Shown piece after piece: positions 1 to 10,778 of a stretch of DNA of 64,000 nucleotides. The stretch is from a virus: positions 61,781 to 125,780 of the IMG/VR virus record IMGVR_UViG_3300047470_000395, one strand, 5' to 3'. Below the pieces are notes generated by a model. It had not been told where the DNA came from and made no database searches. It saw only the letters and a list, made by a program, of their open reading frames with translations. The position numbers and the translations under genes were made by a program. The number at the start of each line of letters is the position of its first letter. Positions within the stretch are counted from its first letter, which is position 1.

Positions 1-135
1 GCGCAGGCGGCGGGAGCGCTCGTCGGCGGTGACCTCAACCTGAACATCGGTGCGGTCGCATCGACTGGAACCGCCCTGGAGGACGCCATGTTCGAGCTGC
101 GCCGTATCCGACTCGGAGGGGGAGCCAATGCGTGA
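1..135 (+). CDS. C-terminal fragment, probably tape measure protein
   Basis: Frame 1 is open to TGA 133-135 (…LVGGDLNLNIG…AMFELRRIRLGGGANA*), overlaps the next start, and lies directly upstream of minor tail genes. Confidence 0.5.
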   Translation, partial: AQAAGALVGGDLNLNIGAVASTGTALEDAMFELRRIRLGGGANA

Positions 136-1171
136 CGGCGAATGGGTCCTCGGCTACTCCCCTTATGACAACTACCCGGGCGCGTCGCTGACGTTCGGCC
201 GCGAGAGGTCCGGCATCTACTGCCTGAGCGAGCCGGACGTCACGTTCGCCGACATGGACCTTTCCGACGCGGCTTTGCCCGGCGAGGACGGTATCCGCAT
301 GGGCCGCGACTACCAGCGGAACGCCACGGTCACGTTCGAGCTGGGCGTCGACGGCGTAGGGGGACCGATTGACCGGCACTGGCCCATGCGCCCGTGGACG
401 CGAGGGACCCGGGTCGGTGACTGGACCGACATCGAGGCGGTGCTCGCCGCCTACAACAAGAAGGACCAGGGGCCGCATCAGTGGGGACTCGACGGCCTGA
501 ACATGCTGCGGCAGGTGTGGCGGGCCGACTCCACCCGTGGGAAGGCCGGCCGCGTCGCCTGGCTCGTACACAGCTCCGGAGGGCGCACCCGCCAGATGTA
601 CGGGCGCCCGAGGAAGTTCGCTGTCTCCCATTCCCGGCTGAGCCGCCAGGGGTACACGCCCGTCGTCTGCGAGTTCGTCGCCGTCGACGATCGCTTCTAC
701 GAGCAGACAGAGAAAGAGGTCGAGCTCTACGACCACCTGTTCCTTGGACTGCCGCCGCGGCCCGGCCGAGTGTCGGGCGGCGGCTGGCTGTTCCAGTCGA
801 AGAAGACCGCGTCATTCCAGCAGCGCGGCACGCTCAACACGTACCCGTACATCGAGATCCACGGGCCGTGTAAGAACCCGAAGGTCACGCTGACCCCGGA
901 ACTGTGGGCGGTGCAGCTCAACATGACGATCGGCGTCGACGAGCACGTCACCATCGACGCCCGCCCGTGGGCGCGGACGGTCACTCACTACAAGGGCTCG
1001 ACGTCGAAGTCGGTGGCGGACAAGCTGACGCGGTCGAGTCCGCGGCTGTCGCAGATGTTCATCCCGCCCGGGTACTGGACGGCTTCGCTGGCCTACACGA
1101 AGTCGACGGTCCGCGCGTTCGAGGGGCCGCGGATCCGGATCGCCTATCGCGACGCGTACTCCTGGTGGTGA
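128..1171 (+). CDS. Phage minor tail (distal-tail-like) protein
   Basis: ATG 128 after GGAGGGGGAG; beta-rich; motifs YGRPRKF and PYIEIHGPCKNP typical of actinophage distal tail proteins; operon position. Confidence 0.7.
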   Translation: MRDGEWVLGYSPYDNYPGASLTFGRERSGIYCLSEPDVTFADMDLSDAALPGEDGIRMGRDYQRNATVTFELGVDGVGGPIDRHWPMRPWTRGTRVGDWTDIEAVLAAYNKKDQGPHQWGLDGLNMLRQVWRADSTRGKAGRVAWLVHSSGGRTRQMYGRPRKFAVSHSRLSRQGYTPVVCEFVAVDDRFYEQTEKEVELYDHLFLGLPPRPGRVSGGGWLFQSKKTASFQQRGTLNTYPYIEIHGPCKNPKVTLTPELWAVQLNMTIGVDEHVTIDARPWARTVTHYKGSTSKSVADKLTRSSPRLSQMFIPPGYWTASLAYTKSTVRAFEGPRIRIAYRDAYSWW

Positions 1172-1235
1172 GCACGCGACAGTAGGCGCCGCGGCCGCCC
1201 ACTCTCTCCTCTCCCTTATGGAGAAGGAGAACGGC

Positions 1236-2204
1236 ATGACGTGGGACGGCATCCCCTGGTTCGTCGAGGGCACCGCAGCGTCCGAGGAGACGATGCGCCT
1301 GATCGTCGAGGCGGCCGTGTCTGGCGGAGAGGGCGTCATCGGCCCCGCTGACCTCCTGGTGACGGCGCTGGACGCCCCGGCCGGCGCGGTCCAGGTGGCA
1401 CCGGGGGCCATAGTGGCGAAGCGCCGCGCGGCCGCGGGCGGCGGGAACCAGTCCTACGCGGCACGGATGCCCACGCTTGAGCAGGTGGACATCGAGCCGA
1501 CTGCCGCCGACGGAGGCAGGTCGGATCTGATCATCGCCAGGGTGGAGGACCCCTACGGCGGGGAGACTTGGCCGGCGCCCGAAGACCCGACGGTCGGCCC
1601 GTACGTCTTCACCCGAGTCATCCCCGACGTGCCGCAAGGCACCACGAGCATCCTCGACATCGACCCCGACTCCACCGCCATCACCCTGGCCCGGGTCGAC
1701 GTGCCAGCGGGGACGACCAACATCACCGCTGGCATGGTCACCAACCTGCGGCAAATCGCGCGGCCGCGGGCGCAGGCCTCGCGTCGGTACCTGCCCGGCG
1801 CCTGGTCGACCCCGGACGACGTCGGCCCCATCACCGACGGGTGGGAGATGTTCCCGCTCGGTGCGACGTGGACGGAGAAGGTGCCGGAGTGGGCGACGCA
1901 CGTGGCCGTGCACGTGTCCATCACGGGCCTGCTCCACCCCGACGCGACGGAGGCCCGCGGCCAGGTACGGGTGTCCTTCGGCGAGCAGCACGGGGTGGGC
2001 ATGCCGTACGGGGCCACCCAGGCGGGCCGGCTCGCCGTCCAGGCCGGGCACAAGTTCCTCCTCGACCCGGCCGACCGCGGGCAGATGCGGGACATCGACA
2101 TCGAGGGCATCGGCACCGCGGGCTTCACCGGTGTGCTGCGCGCCGACGCGTACACGGTGCTGTCGCTCGAGGTGACCTACTCGCAAGAGCCGGTGAGTGC
2201 CTGA
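1236..2204 (+). CDS. Phage minor tail protein
   Basis: SD GAAGGAG; GEGVIGPADLLV…GRSDLIIARVEDP…ITLARVDVPA pattern of actinophage minor tail proteins. Confidence 0.7.
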   Translation: MTWDGIPWFVEGTAASEETMRLIVEAAVSGGEGVIGPADLLVTALDAPAGAVQVAPGAIVAKRRAAAGGGNQSYAARMPTLEQVDIEPTAADGGRSDLIIARVEDPYGGETWPAPEDPTVGPYVFTRVIPDVPQGTTSILDIDPDSTAITLARVDVPAGTTNITAGMVTNLRQIARPRAQASRRYLPGAWSTPDDVGPITDGWEMFPLGATWTEKVPEWATHVAVHVSITGLLHPDATEARGQVRVSFGEQHGVGMPYGATQAGRLAVQAGHKFLLDPADRGQMRDIDIEGIGTAGFTGVLRADAYTVLSLEVTYSQEPVSA

Positions 2205-3403
2205 TGGCCTGGCGGTACATCGCGATGCGCGCGGTGTCCGGCGATTTCCTCGACTGGGACGTCCCGTTCGTCGCCGACTCCCCGCCCAAGCGGGAGCTGA
2301 ACGGGCCCGGCCAGATGACAGGGAAGATCGCACCGGAGTACATGCGGCTGATGGCCAAGCCCGACGGCCTGCCCGTCCTCGCCGAGTGGTCCACCGCTCT
2401 GTTCGCCGAGTTCGAGGGCCGTATCCGGTGGGGCGGACTGATCACGAACATCGCCTTCGAGGGCCAGGCGATGAAGGTCACGTGTGCTGGCTACACCGCC
2501 TACCCCAACGGCATCCCCTACCTCGGTTCCGTGATCCGCTCCGGCGCCAAGATCGCCCAGAAGTGGGCGTACGACGGGAAAGACAAGAACCACGACGGCT
2601 ACATCGACGGCACCCACCCCAAGAAGAAGATGCCGAAGAAGCCCAAAGGCAAGGTCAGTACCCGGTGGGACGCGTACGACATCGTCCGAACCATCTGGGC
2701 CCACCTGCAGGACTACAAGATGGGCAAGCTGGGCGTCACCCTCGACAAGCACGACTCCGGTTACAAGCTCGGCGCCTCGAGCGGCGAGGACCCGTGGGAA
2801 CTGCTGTGGTGGGACAGCCCCGACTGTGGCTCCACGATCACCGACGTGATGAACCTTGCGAAGGGCGATTTCCTCGAGCGGCATTACTGGGACGGCTCGA
2901 AGGAGAAGATCCTCCATCACATCGACCTGGGCACCAGGCGCCTCGGCAAGGCCCGCAACGACCTGCGATTTGCCCAGGGCGAGAACATCATCGAGATCGC
3001 GACCCCCAACTACCAGGGCGATTTTTTCGCGAACAACGTCTACGTGCTGGGGAAGGGGTCGGGGCAGAAGACGGCCCGGGTCCGTGTCGTCGTCGACGAC
3101 AAGCGGCTGCGTCGCGCCCGGATCATCGCCCACAAGAGCACCGCGAACGCGAAGTCGCTGACCGAGTACGGCAAGAAGGAGCGGGCCAGGCACTCGGAAC
3201 AGCTCACGATCCCGTCCATCGCGGTCCGCCACCACCCCAACGCCCCGCTCGGCTCGTGGGCGCTCGGCGACCGCATCCTCGTCCAGGTCGACATCCCGTG
3301 GGTGGGCGAACTCGCCATCTGGCACCGCGTCGTGTCCGAGGAGATCGACCCGGCCGCCGGCACCGCGGTCCTGTCGCTGACCCGCAGCGACTTCTACGGC
3401 TGA
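2204..3403 (+). CDS. Phage minor tail (hub/Gp37-like) protein
   Basis: TGATG coupling; MAWRYIA…IRWGGLI…LRFAQGENI…WALGDRILV. Confidence 0.7.
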   Translation: MAWRYIAMRAVSGDFLDWDVPFVADSPPKRELNGPGQMTGKIAPEYMRLMAKPDGLPVLAEWSTALFAEFEGRIRWGGLITNIAFEGQAMKVTCAGYTAYPNGIPYLGSVIRSGAKIAQKWAYDGKDKNHDGYIDGTHPKKKMPKKPKGKVSTRWDAYDIVRTIWAHLQDYKMGKLGVTLDKHDSGYKLGASSGEDPWELLWWDSPDCGSTITDVMNLAKGDFLERHYWDGSKEKILHHIDLGTRRLGKARNDLRFAQGENIIEIATPNYQGDFFANNVYVLGKGSGQKTARVRVVVDDKRLRRARIIAHKSTANAKSLTEYGKKERARHSEQLTIPSIAVRHHPNAPLGSWALGDRILVQVDIPWVGELAIWHRVVSEEIDPAAGTAVLSLTRSDFYG

Positions 3404-3493
3404 CCAGGCCGCGACACTAACCCCTTCTCCCCTCCACTCTCCCGCCCTGCCCCGGATATCCCGGCGGCCGCGGAGAGATGGAGGGGAGGACGG

Positions 3494-6400
3494 GTGTCGT
3501 CCTTCAACCTGGACGAGCGGGAGAAGGCCAAGCAGTTCGCGTCCTACTTCAAGCAGCTCGAGGACCGCCTGGCCGCGCTCGAGCGCTCTAACCAGCTCAA
3601 CAACGCGAGCATCGAGGGCGGCGCCCTCGACATCTACGACGAGGACGGCGCCCTCAAGGGCTCCGTCGGCGTGCAGGACGACGGCACGGTGGCCTTGGTC
3701 CCCCACCCGGAGAACACCGACCCGCCCCCCACACCGTCCGCGCCGACCGTCGATTCCGCCCTGGCGGGGCTGGACATCACATGGTCCGGCCAGTGGGCCA
3801 ACTCCGAGACCGCGCCCAACGACTTCGCCCTGGTCCAGGTCCACGTCGGCACACCCGCCGACTTCACCCCGAACGCCGCCACCCAGGTCTCGCAGATCAA
3901 CGACGTGACCGGCGGCAAGACGACTGTGCACATCGAGGGCTACGACCCGGTGTGGGTGCGCCTGGTCGCTGTGAACACCGCGGCGCTGGCGGGTGATCCG
4001 TCGGACGCGGTGCAGGGGCAGGCGAGGCAGGCCGTCGGCCAGGACCTGATCGACAACATCATCACTGACGTCAAGATCGCGAACGAGGCGATCACCGAGG
4101 CCAAGATCGCCTTGTCGGCTGTGACCAGCGACAAGATTGCGGCCGGCTCGGTGAACGAGCTGCTCCTGGCCGACGACGCGGTCACCGCGGCGAAGCTCGC
4201 GGCCGCTTCCGTGGGGACGGTCGCCCTCGCCGATGGCGCGGTGCTGGCGGCCAAGCTCGCCGACAACGCGGTCACGCAAGCCAAGGTGGCGGCGAACGCG
4301 GTTACGGAACTCGCCCTCGCGAACTCGGCGGTCACCTCGGCGAAGGTGGCCGTGGGTGCGATCGACTCCACGCGGATCGCGGACGCGGCCGTCACGGCGG
4401 TGAAGATCGGGCAGAACGCGGTCACCGCGGCGAAGCTGGCCGACGGCGCCGTGGGCGTGCTGGCCCTGGCGGATTCCGCGGTCACCTCGGCGAAGGTGGC
4501 CGTGGGTGCGATCGACTCCACGCGGATCGCGGACGCGGCCGTCACGGCAGTGAAGATCGGGCAGAACGCGGTCACCGCGGCGAAGCTGGCCGACGGCGCC
4601 GTGGGCGTACTGGCCCTGGCGGATTCCGCGGTCACCTCGGCCAAGGTCGCTGTCAACGCGATCGACTCCACGAAGATCACGGACGCTGCTGTGACAGCGG
4701 CAAAGATCGGCGCGGCCGCGGTCACCACAGGCAAACTCGCCGCCCAGGCCGTCACGCTCGCCAACCTGTCCGGGGCGCTCGCCGACGTCGCCTCCCAGCG
4801 GTGGGTCGACACGATGGGTGACCCGTCCACCTGGACGGTGGCCGCCCTCAGTACCGGCGGCGCCTTCGACTTCCTCACCGGCATCACCGACGCCCAGACC
4901 GGACAGACCGTCGGCCAGGCCACCGGATTCGCCCGGCTACGCGGCAACACCCTGATCCCGTACGACCCCGACGTCCTCTATCGCATCTCCGCCCGCGTCC
5001 GGATGCCGCAGGCCAGCACCTCCGACGCGGTCTATGTCGGCGTCCTCGGCATCGGCGCGGACGGCGTGACGCTGGTCAACCGCGACGGCTCCAACTCCGT
5101 GAACAGCCACTACTACCCGGCTGCGTCCGGGAAGGCCGTCGCGAACTCGGACGGCTGGGTCACGGTCGTCGGGTTCATGAAGGGCCGGGCCGCCTCTGGT
5201 GTCTCGGGCAGTGCCGGCCCGAACAACGACCCACGCTCCGCGGGCCTGGTGAACGCGGGCGTGCGGTTCATCAGCCCGTACATCTGGCTCAACTACAACC
5301 AGCAGTCCAGCGGGTCCTCGAAGATGCAGATGGACTACGTCGCGATCGAGGCCCTGAAAACCGGCGTGGTCGACACGATCAACCTGTCGTCCGGCGCGGT
5401 CACGGCCCCGGCCATCGCGACGGACGCTGTGATCGCCGGAAAGATCGCGGCCGACGCCATCACCGCGCGGGAACTTGCGGCGAACTCGGTCACGGCCGCG
5501 GAGCTCTCCGCCGGGTCGGTCACGGCGGCCGCCATCGCGGCGGGAACCATCACGGCCGGGCAGCTCGCCGCGAACTCCGTCACCGCGACGCAGATAGCCG
5601 CGGGCAGCGTGCAGACGGCGGCCCTGGCCGCCGACGCCGTGGCGGCCGGAAAGATCGCGGCCGACGCCATCACCGCGCGAGAGTTGGCCGCGAACTCGGT
5701 GACGGCCGCGGAGCTCTCCGCCGGGTCGGTCACGGCGGCCGCCATCGCGGCGGGAACCATCACGGCCGGGCAACTGGCCGCGAACTCCGTCACCGCGACG
5801 CAGATAGCCGCGGGGGCGGTGCAGGCTGGAGCCCTGGCCGCCGACGCCGTGGCGGCCGGCAAGGTGGCCGCGGACGCGATCACCGCGCGGGAGCTCGCCG
5901 CGGGGTCGGTCACGGCCTCCGAGATATCCGCCGGCTCCGTCACCGCCAACGCCATTGCCGCCGGATCGGTCACCACGGACAAGCTGACCGTCGTAGCGGG
6001 CTCCAACGTCCTCAACGATCCCAGTTTCGAGGGCGCCTACGCCGCCTCGGTGGCCGCAAAGTTCTCCTCGTACGTCGCCCAGGACCTCACGTTCGGCAAC
6101 GGCTCGGCGGCCAGCCTGAAGTTCACGACGGACGGCACCGCAGCCTGGCGCGCGGCCGAGCTCGCACTCCTGACGATCCTCCCCGGGGACCAGCTCCACA
6201 TCGGCGTCGACTACTACGCCTCGACGAACTGGGTCGGCGCTGGTGGCGAGATCAACATTCAGATCCGGTGGGAGTCCGAGGGCGGCACCATCCTGTCGTA
6301 CAGCAAGACCGACAGCCGTACGACCGCGCCCACCCTCGGCGCGTGGACGCGACTGCAGGGCACCTACACCGCTCCCGCCACCGCTGTACGCGCCCGCATC

Positions 6401-9154
6401 CGTATCGAGACCGGCCTGGTCACGGCCGGCACCGTGTCGTTCGACAACGCTGTATGCCGCCCGATCGTCCCCGGGGTGCAGATCGCCGACGGTGCGATCA
6501 CCACGCCCAAGATGGTCGCCGGGTCCATCCAGGGCGACCGGATCGCGGTCAACACCCTGAACGCCGACCGCATCGTGTCCGGCTCGATCACCACGAGCCA
6601 GCTCAACGTCACCACCGCGGCGAGCGTGCTGCAGAAGTTCTACGACGTCGGCGCGGACGCAGCGAAGTGGCGCACCAGCGGCTCGAGCACGACCACCACG
6701 ACCACGCCCACGAACCTGACGTCGGTCCAGGTTGCCGACGCCCAGGCCGGCGGATCGGTCATGCGAGCGGTCGCCCAGGTCTCCGCGGCTTGGCGGCCGG
6801 ACATGCTCATCCCGTTCGACCCGAACGTCCTCTATCGCATCTCCGCCGTCGTCCGGCAGACCGTCGCGGGCAGTGACACCGCGCAGCAGCGGTTCTACAT
6901 GGGCGTGGCCGGCGTGGCAGCGGACGGCACCACCCTGGTCAACACCACCGGCGCCGCCTCCGCAGCCACGCAGCACTACGTCGCCGCCAGCTCCCAGAAC
7001 CTCACCGCGGGCGGCGGATGGCAGCGCTTCACCGGCTACATCAAGGGCTACGCGGCGACTGGCGCCAACGGCACACAGGGCACTGCCCCCTCGCCCACCA
7101 CGCCGGGAGTGCTGCACGCGAACGCCCGCTACATCTCGCCCCTGTTCTACGTGAACTACAGCGGCGGAACCGGCACCGCCGAGATCAGCTCCATCACGGT
7201 CGAAGTCATCGAGACCGGCGCGGTGCAGACCGTCAACATCGCCGATGGCGCCATCACGGCGAACAAGATCCTGGCCAACACCATCACGGCGGACAAGATC
7301 GTCGGCCTGTCCATCACGGGCGACAAGATCGCGGCGAACGCCATCACGACGGACAAGCTAGCGGCGCTGTCTGTCACCGCGGCGCAGCTCGCCGCGAACT
7401 CGGTCACAGCCACGGCCATTCAGGCGGGATCCATCGACGCCACCCACATCAAGGCCGGAGCGATCACCGCCGACCGGCTGTCCCTGGGCACCGACGGCAA
7501 CCTCATCGCCGACCCCAGCTTCGAGGGGGCGATGTCCGACGCTCGGGTCGTCGGGACCACCTACTGGTCGATCGTCACCCCCGGCAACAACACCGCGCGA
7601 GCCCTGCAGGTCAACGCCGCCAACGGCACGGTTATCACCCGCTCCATGACCCTGGCCACGGTGCCGGGGATGCCCGGTCAAAAGCTGTGGCTGTCCCTCG
7701 ACTACTTCGCCTCGACCGACTGGAACGGGCTCCGTATCAGCGTGTACGGGCAGTGGCTGGACGCCGTCGGCAACGTCCTCGACTACAGCACCATCACCAC
7801 GGGCGACAACCTGGCAGTCAAGGGCGCGTGGACCACCATCAGCGGAGTGCCCGACACGGTGGCCCCTGCCGGTGCGACTCAGCTCCGCATTGCGTGCTCC
7901 ACCGTCAACTCCAGCGTGGGCACGGTCCAGTACGACAACGCGTCCGCCCGGATCGTCCTCGCCTCCGGGTTCGCCGGGGCCCGCTCCGAGATCAGCCCCC
8001 GCGGTCTGCAGCTCTTCGACGACAACGGCGACGAGGCCGTCTCCCTGCTGACCGGCCAACCCAACTACCTGACCCTCAGCTCCGACGGACTGCCCGTCGC
8101 GACGATCGACCAGAACGGTGGGGCCTACTTCCAGAGCCTGGCCGTCGCCGACACCCTGACCGTGGGCGGCTCCGACTGGACTACTTTCCTCAACCAGTCG
8201 CCCCGTGGGATCCAAGCAATCAACTTCCAGACCAGCACTCGCACCGCGTCCGCCACAGAAATGGGGTTCGTGGAGCTGGTGGCCGACATCGACGCCACCC
8301 GGATGTACCGAATCGTGTTCGCGGCCCGCGCCAACCCCTCTGTGACTGGCGGCGAGCTGCAGCTACGCCTCCGCGACGGCGGCACCGCCGCGCCAACGAT
8401 CACGAGCACCCAGCGGTACGTCTCCGTCCACCACATGGCCCTCGGCAACTCCTTCACCGCACGCATGGAGTACAACGTCGCGGGCAAGTCGCTCGGCGCC
8501 GGAACGCACCGATTCCTGCTGACCTTCACCAACGCGCTCGGCCCCAGCGGACAGACGTGCACTCTGTCCGGGGCGAGCGACAACCCCGGCTATCTGTATG
8601 TCGAGGACACCGGCCCGTACGTCCCCGCGACCGGTGGCTACAACGACGGTGGCGGCACGGTCGCACAGCCGCCCACGAAGTACACCAAGACCTATAGCGC
8701 CACCTGGTCCGGCTCGTACGCGAACCGCGGCTCGTACAACAGCTATTACGGAAACTCGTGCTACCAGGGCTACTACTCGTCGACGAACGGCACGCAGGCC
8801 AGCCTCATCGGCTTTTCCTCGGCACTCGGGACCGACCTGTCAGGCGCGACGATCGTCAAAGCCGAGGTGTACCTGTACTTCGATCACTGGTACGCCAACG
8901 CCGGCGGAAAGGCCGTCATCAAGGCCCACAGCTTCACCTCCCGACCGTCGACGTTCTCGAGTGATCCCGAGTCACAGACGATCTCCTGGGCCCGCAACGA
9001 AGGCAAATGGGTCGACATCACGGCCGTCTTCGACAGCACCAAGTGGCGCGGCATCGCGCTCGACCCGAACAGCACCTCGTCGACGTACTACGGCCGCGCC
9101 CGCGGCTATGGCCAGACCAACCCCCCGCAGCTCCGCGTCACCTACACCAAGTGA
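3494..9154 (+). CDS. Large tail fibre / host-specificity protein (1886 aa)
   Basis: SD GGAGGA; many ~10-aa AVTAAKIAAG-type repeats alternating with beta-rich globular domains (two related IP(Y/F)DP(D/N)VLYRISA domains, two DPSFEG domains); aromatic-rich C-terminus. Confidence 0.8.
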   Translation: MSSFNLDEREKAKQFASYFKQLEDRLAALERSNQLNNASIEGGALDIYDEDGALKGSVGVQDDGTVALVPHPENTDPPPTPSAPTVDSALAGLDITWSGQWANSETAPNDFALVQVHVGTPADFTPNAATQVSQINDVTGGKTTVHIEGYDPVWVRLVAVNTAALAGDPSDAVQGQARQAVGQDLIDNIITDVKIANEAITEAKIALSAVTSDKIAAGSVNELLLADDAVTAAKLAAASVGTVALADGAVLAAKLADNAVTQAKVAANAVTELALANSAVTSAKVAVGAIDSTRIADAAVTAVKIGQNAVTAAKLADGAVGVLALADSAVTSAKVAVGAIDSTRIADAAVTAVKIGQNAVTAAKLADGAVGVLALADSAVTSAKVAVNAIDSTKITDAAVTAAKIGAAAVTTGKLAAQAVTLANLSGALADVASQRWVDTMGDPSTWTVAALSTGGAFDFLTGITDAQTGQTVGQATGFARLRGNTLIPYDPDVLYRISARVRMPQASTSDAVYVGVLGIGADGVTLVNRDGSNSVNSHYYPAASGKAVANSDGWVTVVGFMKGRAASGVSGSAGPNNDPRSAGLVNAGVRFISPYIWLNYNQQSSGSSKMQMDYVAIEALKTGVVDTINLSSGAVTAPAIATDAVIAGKIAADAITARELAANSVTAAELSAGSVTAAAIAAGTITAGQLAANSVTATQIAAGSVQTAALAADAVAAGKIAADAITARELAANSVTAAELSAGSVTAAAIAAGTITAGQLAANSVTATQIAAGAVQAGALAADAVAAGKVAADAITARELAAGSVTASEISAGSVTANAIAAGSVTTDKLTVVAGSNVLNDPSFEGAYAASVAAKFSSYVAQDLTFGNGSAASLKFTTDGTAAWRAAELALLTILPGDQLHIGVDYYASTNWVGAGGEINIQIRWESEGGTILSYSKTDSRTTAPTLGAWTRLQGTYTAPATAVRARIRIETGLVTAGTVSFDNAVCRPIVPGVQIADGAITTPKMVAGSIQGDRIAVNTLNADRIVSGSITTSQLNVTTAASVLQKFYDVGADAAKWRTSGSSTTTTTTPTNLTSVQVADAQAGGSVMRAVAQVSAAWRPDMLIPFDPNVLYRISAVVRQTVAGSDTAQQRFYMGVAGVAADGTTLVNTTGAASAATQHYVAASSQNLTAGGGWQRFTGYIKGYAATGANGTQGTAPSPTTPGVLHANARYISPLFYVNYSGGTGTAEISSITVEVIETGAVQTVNIADGAITANKILANTITADKIVGLSITGDKIAANAITTDKLAALSVTAAQLAANSVTATAIQAGSIDATHIKAGAITADRLSLGTDGNLIADPSFEGAMSDARVVGTTYWSIVTPGNNTARALQVNAANGTVITRSMTLATVPGMPGQKLWLSLDYFASTDWNGLRISVYGQWLDAVGNVLDYSTITTGDNLAVKGAWTTISGVPDTVAPAGATQLRIACSTVNSSVGTVQYDNASARIVLASGFAGARSEISPRGLQLFDDNGDEAVSLLTGQPNYLTLSSDGLPVATIDQNGGAYFQSLAVADTLTVGGSDWTTFLNQSPRGIQAINFQTSTRTASATEMGFVELVADIDATRMYRIVFAARANPSVTGGELQLRLRDGGTAAPTITSTQRYVSVHHMALGNSFTARMEYNVAGKSLGAGTHRFLLTFTNALGPSGQTCTLSGASDNPGYLYVEDTGPYVPATGGYNDGGGTVAQPPTKYTKTYSATWSGSYANRGSYNSYYGNSCYQGYYSSTNGTQASLIGFSSALGTDLSGATIVKAEVYLYFDHWYANAGGKAVIKAHSFTSRPSTFSSDPESQTISWARNEGKWVDITAVFDSTKWRGIALDPNSTSSTYYGRARGYGQTNPPQLRVTYTK
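4328..4680 (+). repeat. Intragenic 150-bp tandem repeat (~2.3 copies)
   Basis: Near-identical units start at 4328, 4478 and 4628 (AVTSAKVAVGAIDSTRIAD…). Confidence 0.9.
5435..5925 (+). repeat. Intragenic 210-bp tandem repeat (~2.3 copies)
   Basis: KIAADAITARELAANSVTAAELSAG… recurs with a 70-aa period. Confidence 0.9.
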
Positions 9155-9166
9155 GGAAGCCGACCT

Positions 9167-9550
9167 ATGCCCGCGCTACCGATGCCCCTGAACACGATGT
9201 GCGCTCTTGCCTGCGAGAAGTCTTTACTGCCACGCGTGCGCATGGCCATCGCGATCATCGCGCAGGAGGTTTTCGCCGAGTCCAAGGACACCCCCGGGTA
9301 TCCGCTGCGCTGGAACTTGGCGAAGACGGTCCTGAGCCCGACCGAGGCACAAGCCGCGTCGATGATGGTCGGCCTGGTCGTCTACCCGGACTTGCTCGCC
9401 GCGGCCGCGGCCGCCGGAACGACTGATCCCGTGGCCATGGCCGCAGCGATTACCGACGAGCAGCTCCTGGCCGCGATCCGCGCGGGATGGAACGCGGTCT
9501 CCGGCGTCAGCCAGGCCTCGATCGCCGAGACCGTGCAGGCGACGACGTAA
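9167..9550 (+). CDS. Small tail-associated hypothetical protein (has TTA codon)
   Basis: SD GAGG; follows the fibre gene; in-frame TTA at 9224-9226. Confidence 0.65.
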   Translation: MPALPMPLNTMCALACEKSLLPRVRMAIAIIAQEVFAESKDTPGYPLRWNLAKTVLSPTEAQAASMMVGLVVYPDLLAAAAAAGTTDPVAMAAAITDEQLLAAIRAGWNAVSGVSQASIAETVQATT

Positions 9551-9653
9551 AGCCTTCCGGTGTTGCAGCGTTCGGGCTGCGGGGAGCCGCGGACCTTTCG
9601 GGGTCCCGGCTCCCGCGCACCCCAATCTGACGACCGATACCGAGGAGGCGCTC

Positions 9654-10061
9654 ATGGAGTGGCTCACCTCTCTGGCGCCTGTCCTCGCCCCCCTGTCCGG
9701 CATGGTTGGCGTGCTGGGCGGGGCCTGGATGGTGTACCGCCAGACGAGACACAAGACCGACACGGACGCCCGCACCGCGGAAGCCAACACGGCAGTCACC
9801 GCTGTGACGACCGTGACGGAGGGCTTCACCAAACTGCTGGAGCAGCAGCGCGAGACCAACGCGAAGACCCTCGAGCGACTCACCACGGTCGAGGCCCGCG
9901 TCGAGCGCCTCGAGGAGGAACAACGGCAGTGGCGACGGTGGAAGGCCGCCGCGGTGGAGTACATCCACCAGCTCCGCGCCCTGGTCGGCCGGCTCCGCGA
10001 GAGTCCCGCTCCGGCCCCGCCGCGCGAGCTCGCCGAGGACCTGGGCGACAACGCGACGTAA
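9654..10061 (+). CDS. Membrane protein with coiled coil (lysis-cassette type)
   Basis: SD GAGGAGG; N-terminal hydrophobic helix then heptad pattern. Confidence 0.7.
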   Translation: MEWLTSLAPVLAPLSGMVGVLGGAWMVYRQTRHKTDTDARTAEANTAVTAVTTVTEGFTKLLEQQRETNAKTLERLTTVEARVERLEEEQRQWRRWKAAAVEYIHQLRALVGRLRESPAPAPPRELAEDLGDNAT

Positions 10062-10103
10062 GCCGTCGGCCGCGCGCACAGTCCGCCCGTCACGCATCCA
10101 CGC

Positions 10104-10442
10104 ATGAAGGGCAATCCCTTGTCTCCAGTACTCGAAGCACTCGCGAATGGCGGCCAGGTGGGCGCGGTACTGCCGCTGCTCACCGCGGTCGTACAGCGCC
10201 CCGCCTGGTCCGCTCGGTACAAGCAGGTCGTCGCGGTCGTGGCCGCGCTCGTCGCCGGCGTCGCGGCCGTAGCGGCAGACGGCGGCTGGGATCAGTTCCA
10301 GCACGGCAAGCTCACCCTGGCCACCTTCCTCGGCGTCCTGGCGGCCGCCCAGACGTCCTATGACCTGATCTGGAAGCCCAGCAAGATCGCCCCCGTGATC
10401 GAGGCTCTGACGACGCGGAAGGGGGCGCAGCAGGCCGAATAG
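10104..10442 (+). CDS. Putative holin
   Basis: Small, 2-3 hydrophobic helices (VGAVLPLLTAVVQRPAW…), at the end of the tail operon. Confidence 0.6.
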   Translation: MKGNPLSPVLEALANGGQVGAVLPLLTAVVQRPAWSARYKQVVAVVAALVAGVAAVAADGGWDQFQHGKLTLATFLGVLAAAQTSYDLIWKPSKIAPVIEALTTRKGAQQAE

Positions 10443-10778
10443 GGACCATGGGGCCCGCCGGCCCTCCACCTGGCGGGTACCATCTGCAACGAGGTGGCCG
10501 TACTGCCGCCGCGAATACGCGTCTGAGACTCCGGTCAGGTCTATGGGCTGTGACACGCGTTGCTCGTAAGAGCAGGGTGTTCCTCTCGCCCGTGGTCGAC
10601 CTGGCCATCATGGGGCCGACCAACCGGGTGCGCGCAGAGCGCTCGGGGCCGGGGAGTGGTTGCTCCTACGAAGATCCGGCACACGCTATTCGCGACCGTA
10701 CGGTCACCTCACCTGTTTCAGCAGGACCACCAGGGCCCGAGAGCACGGGCCCCACCCGAAGCGGAGGAACACACGCCC

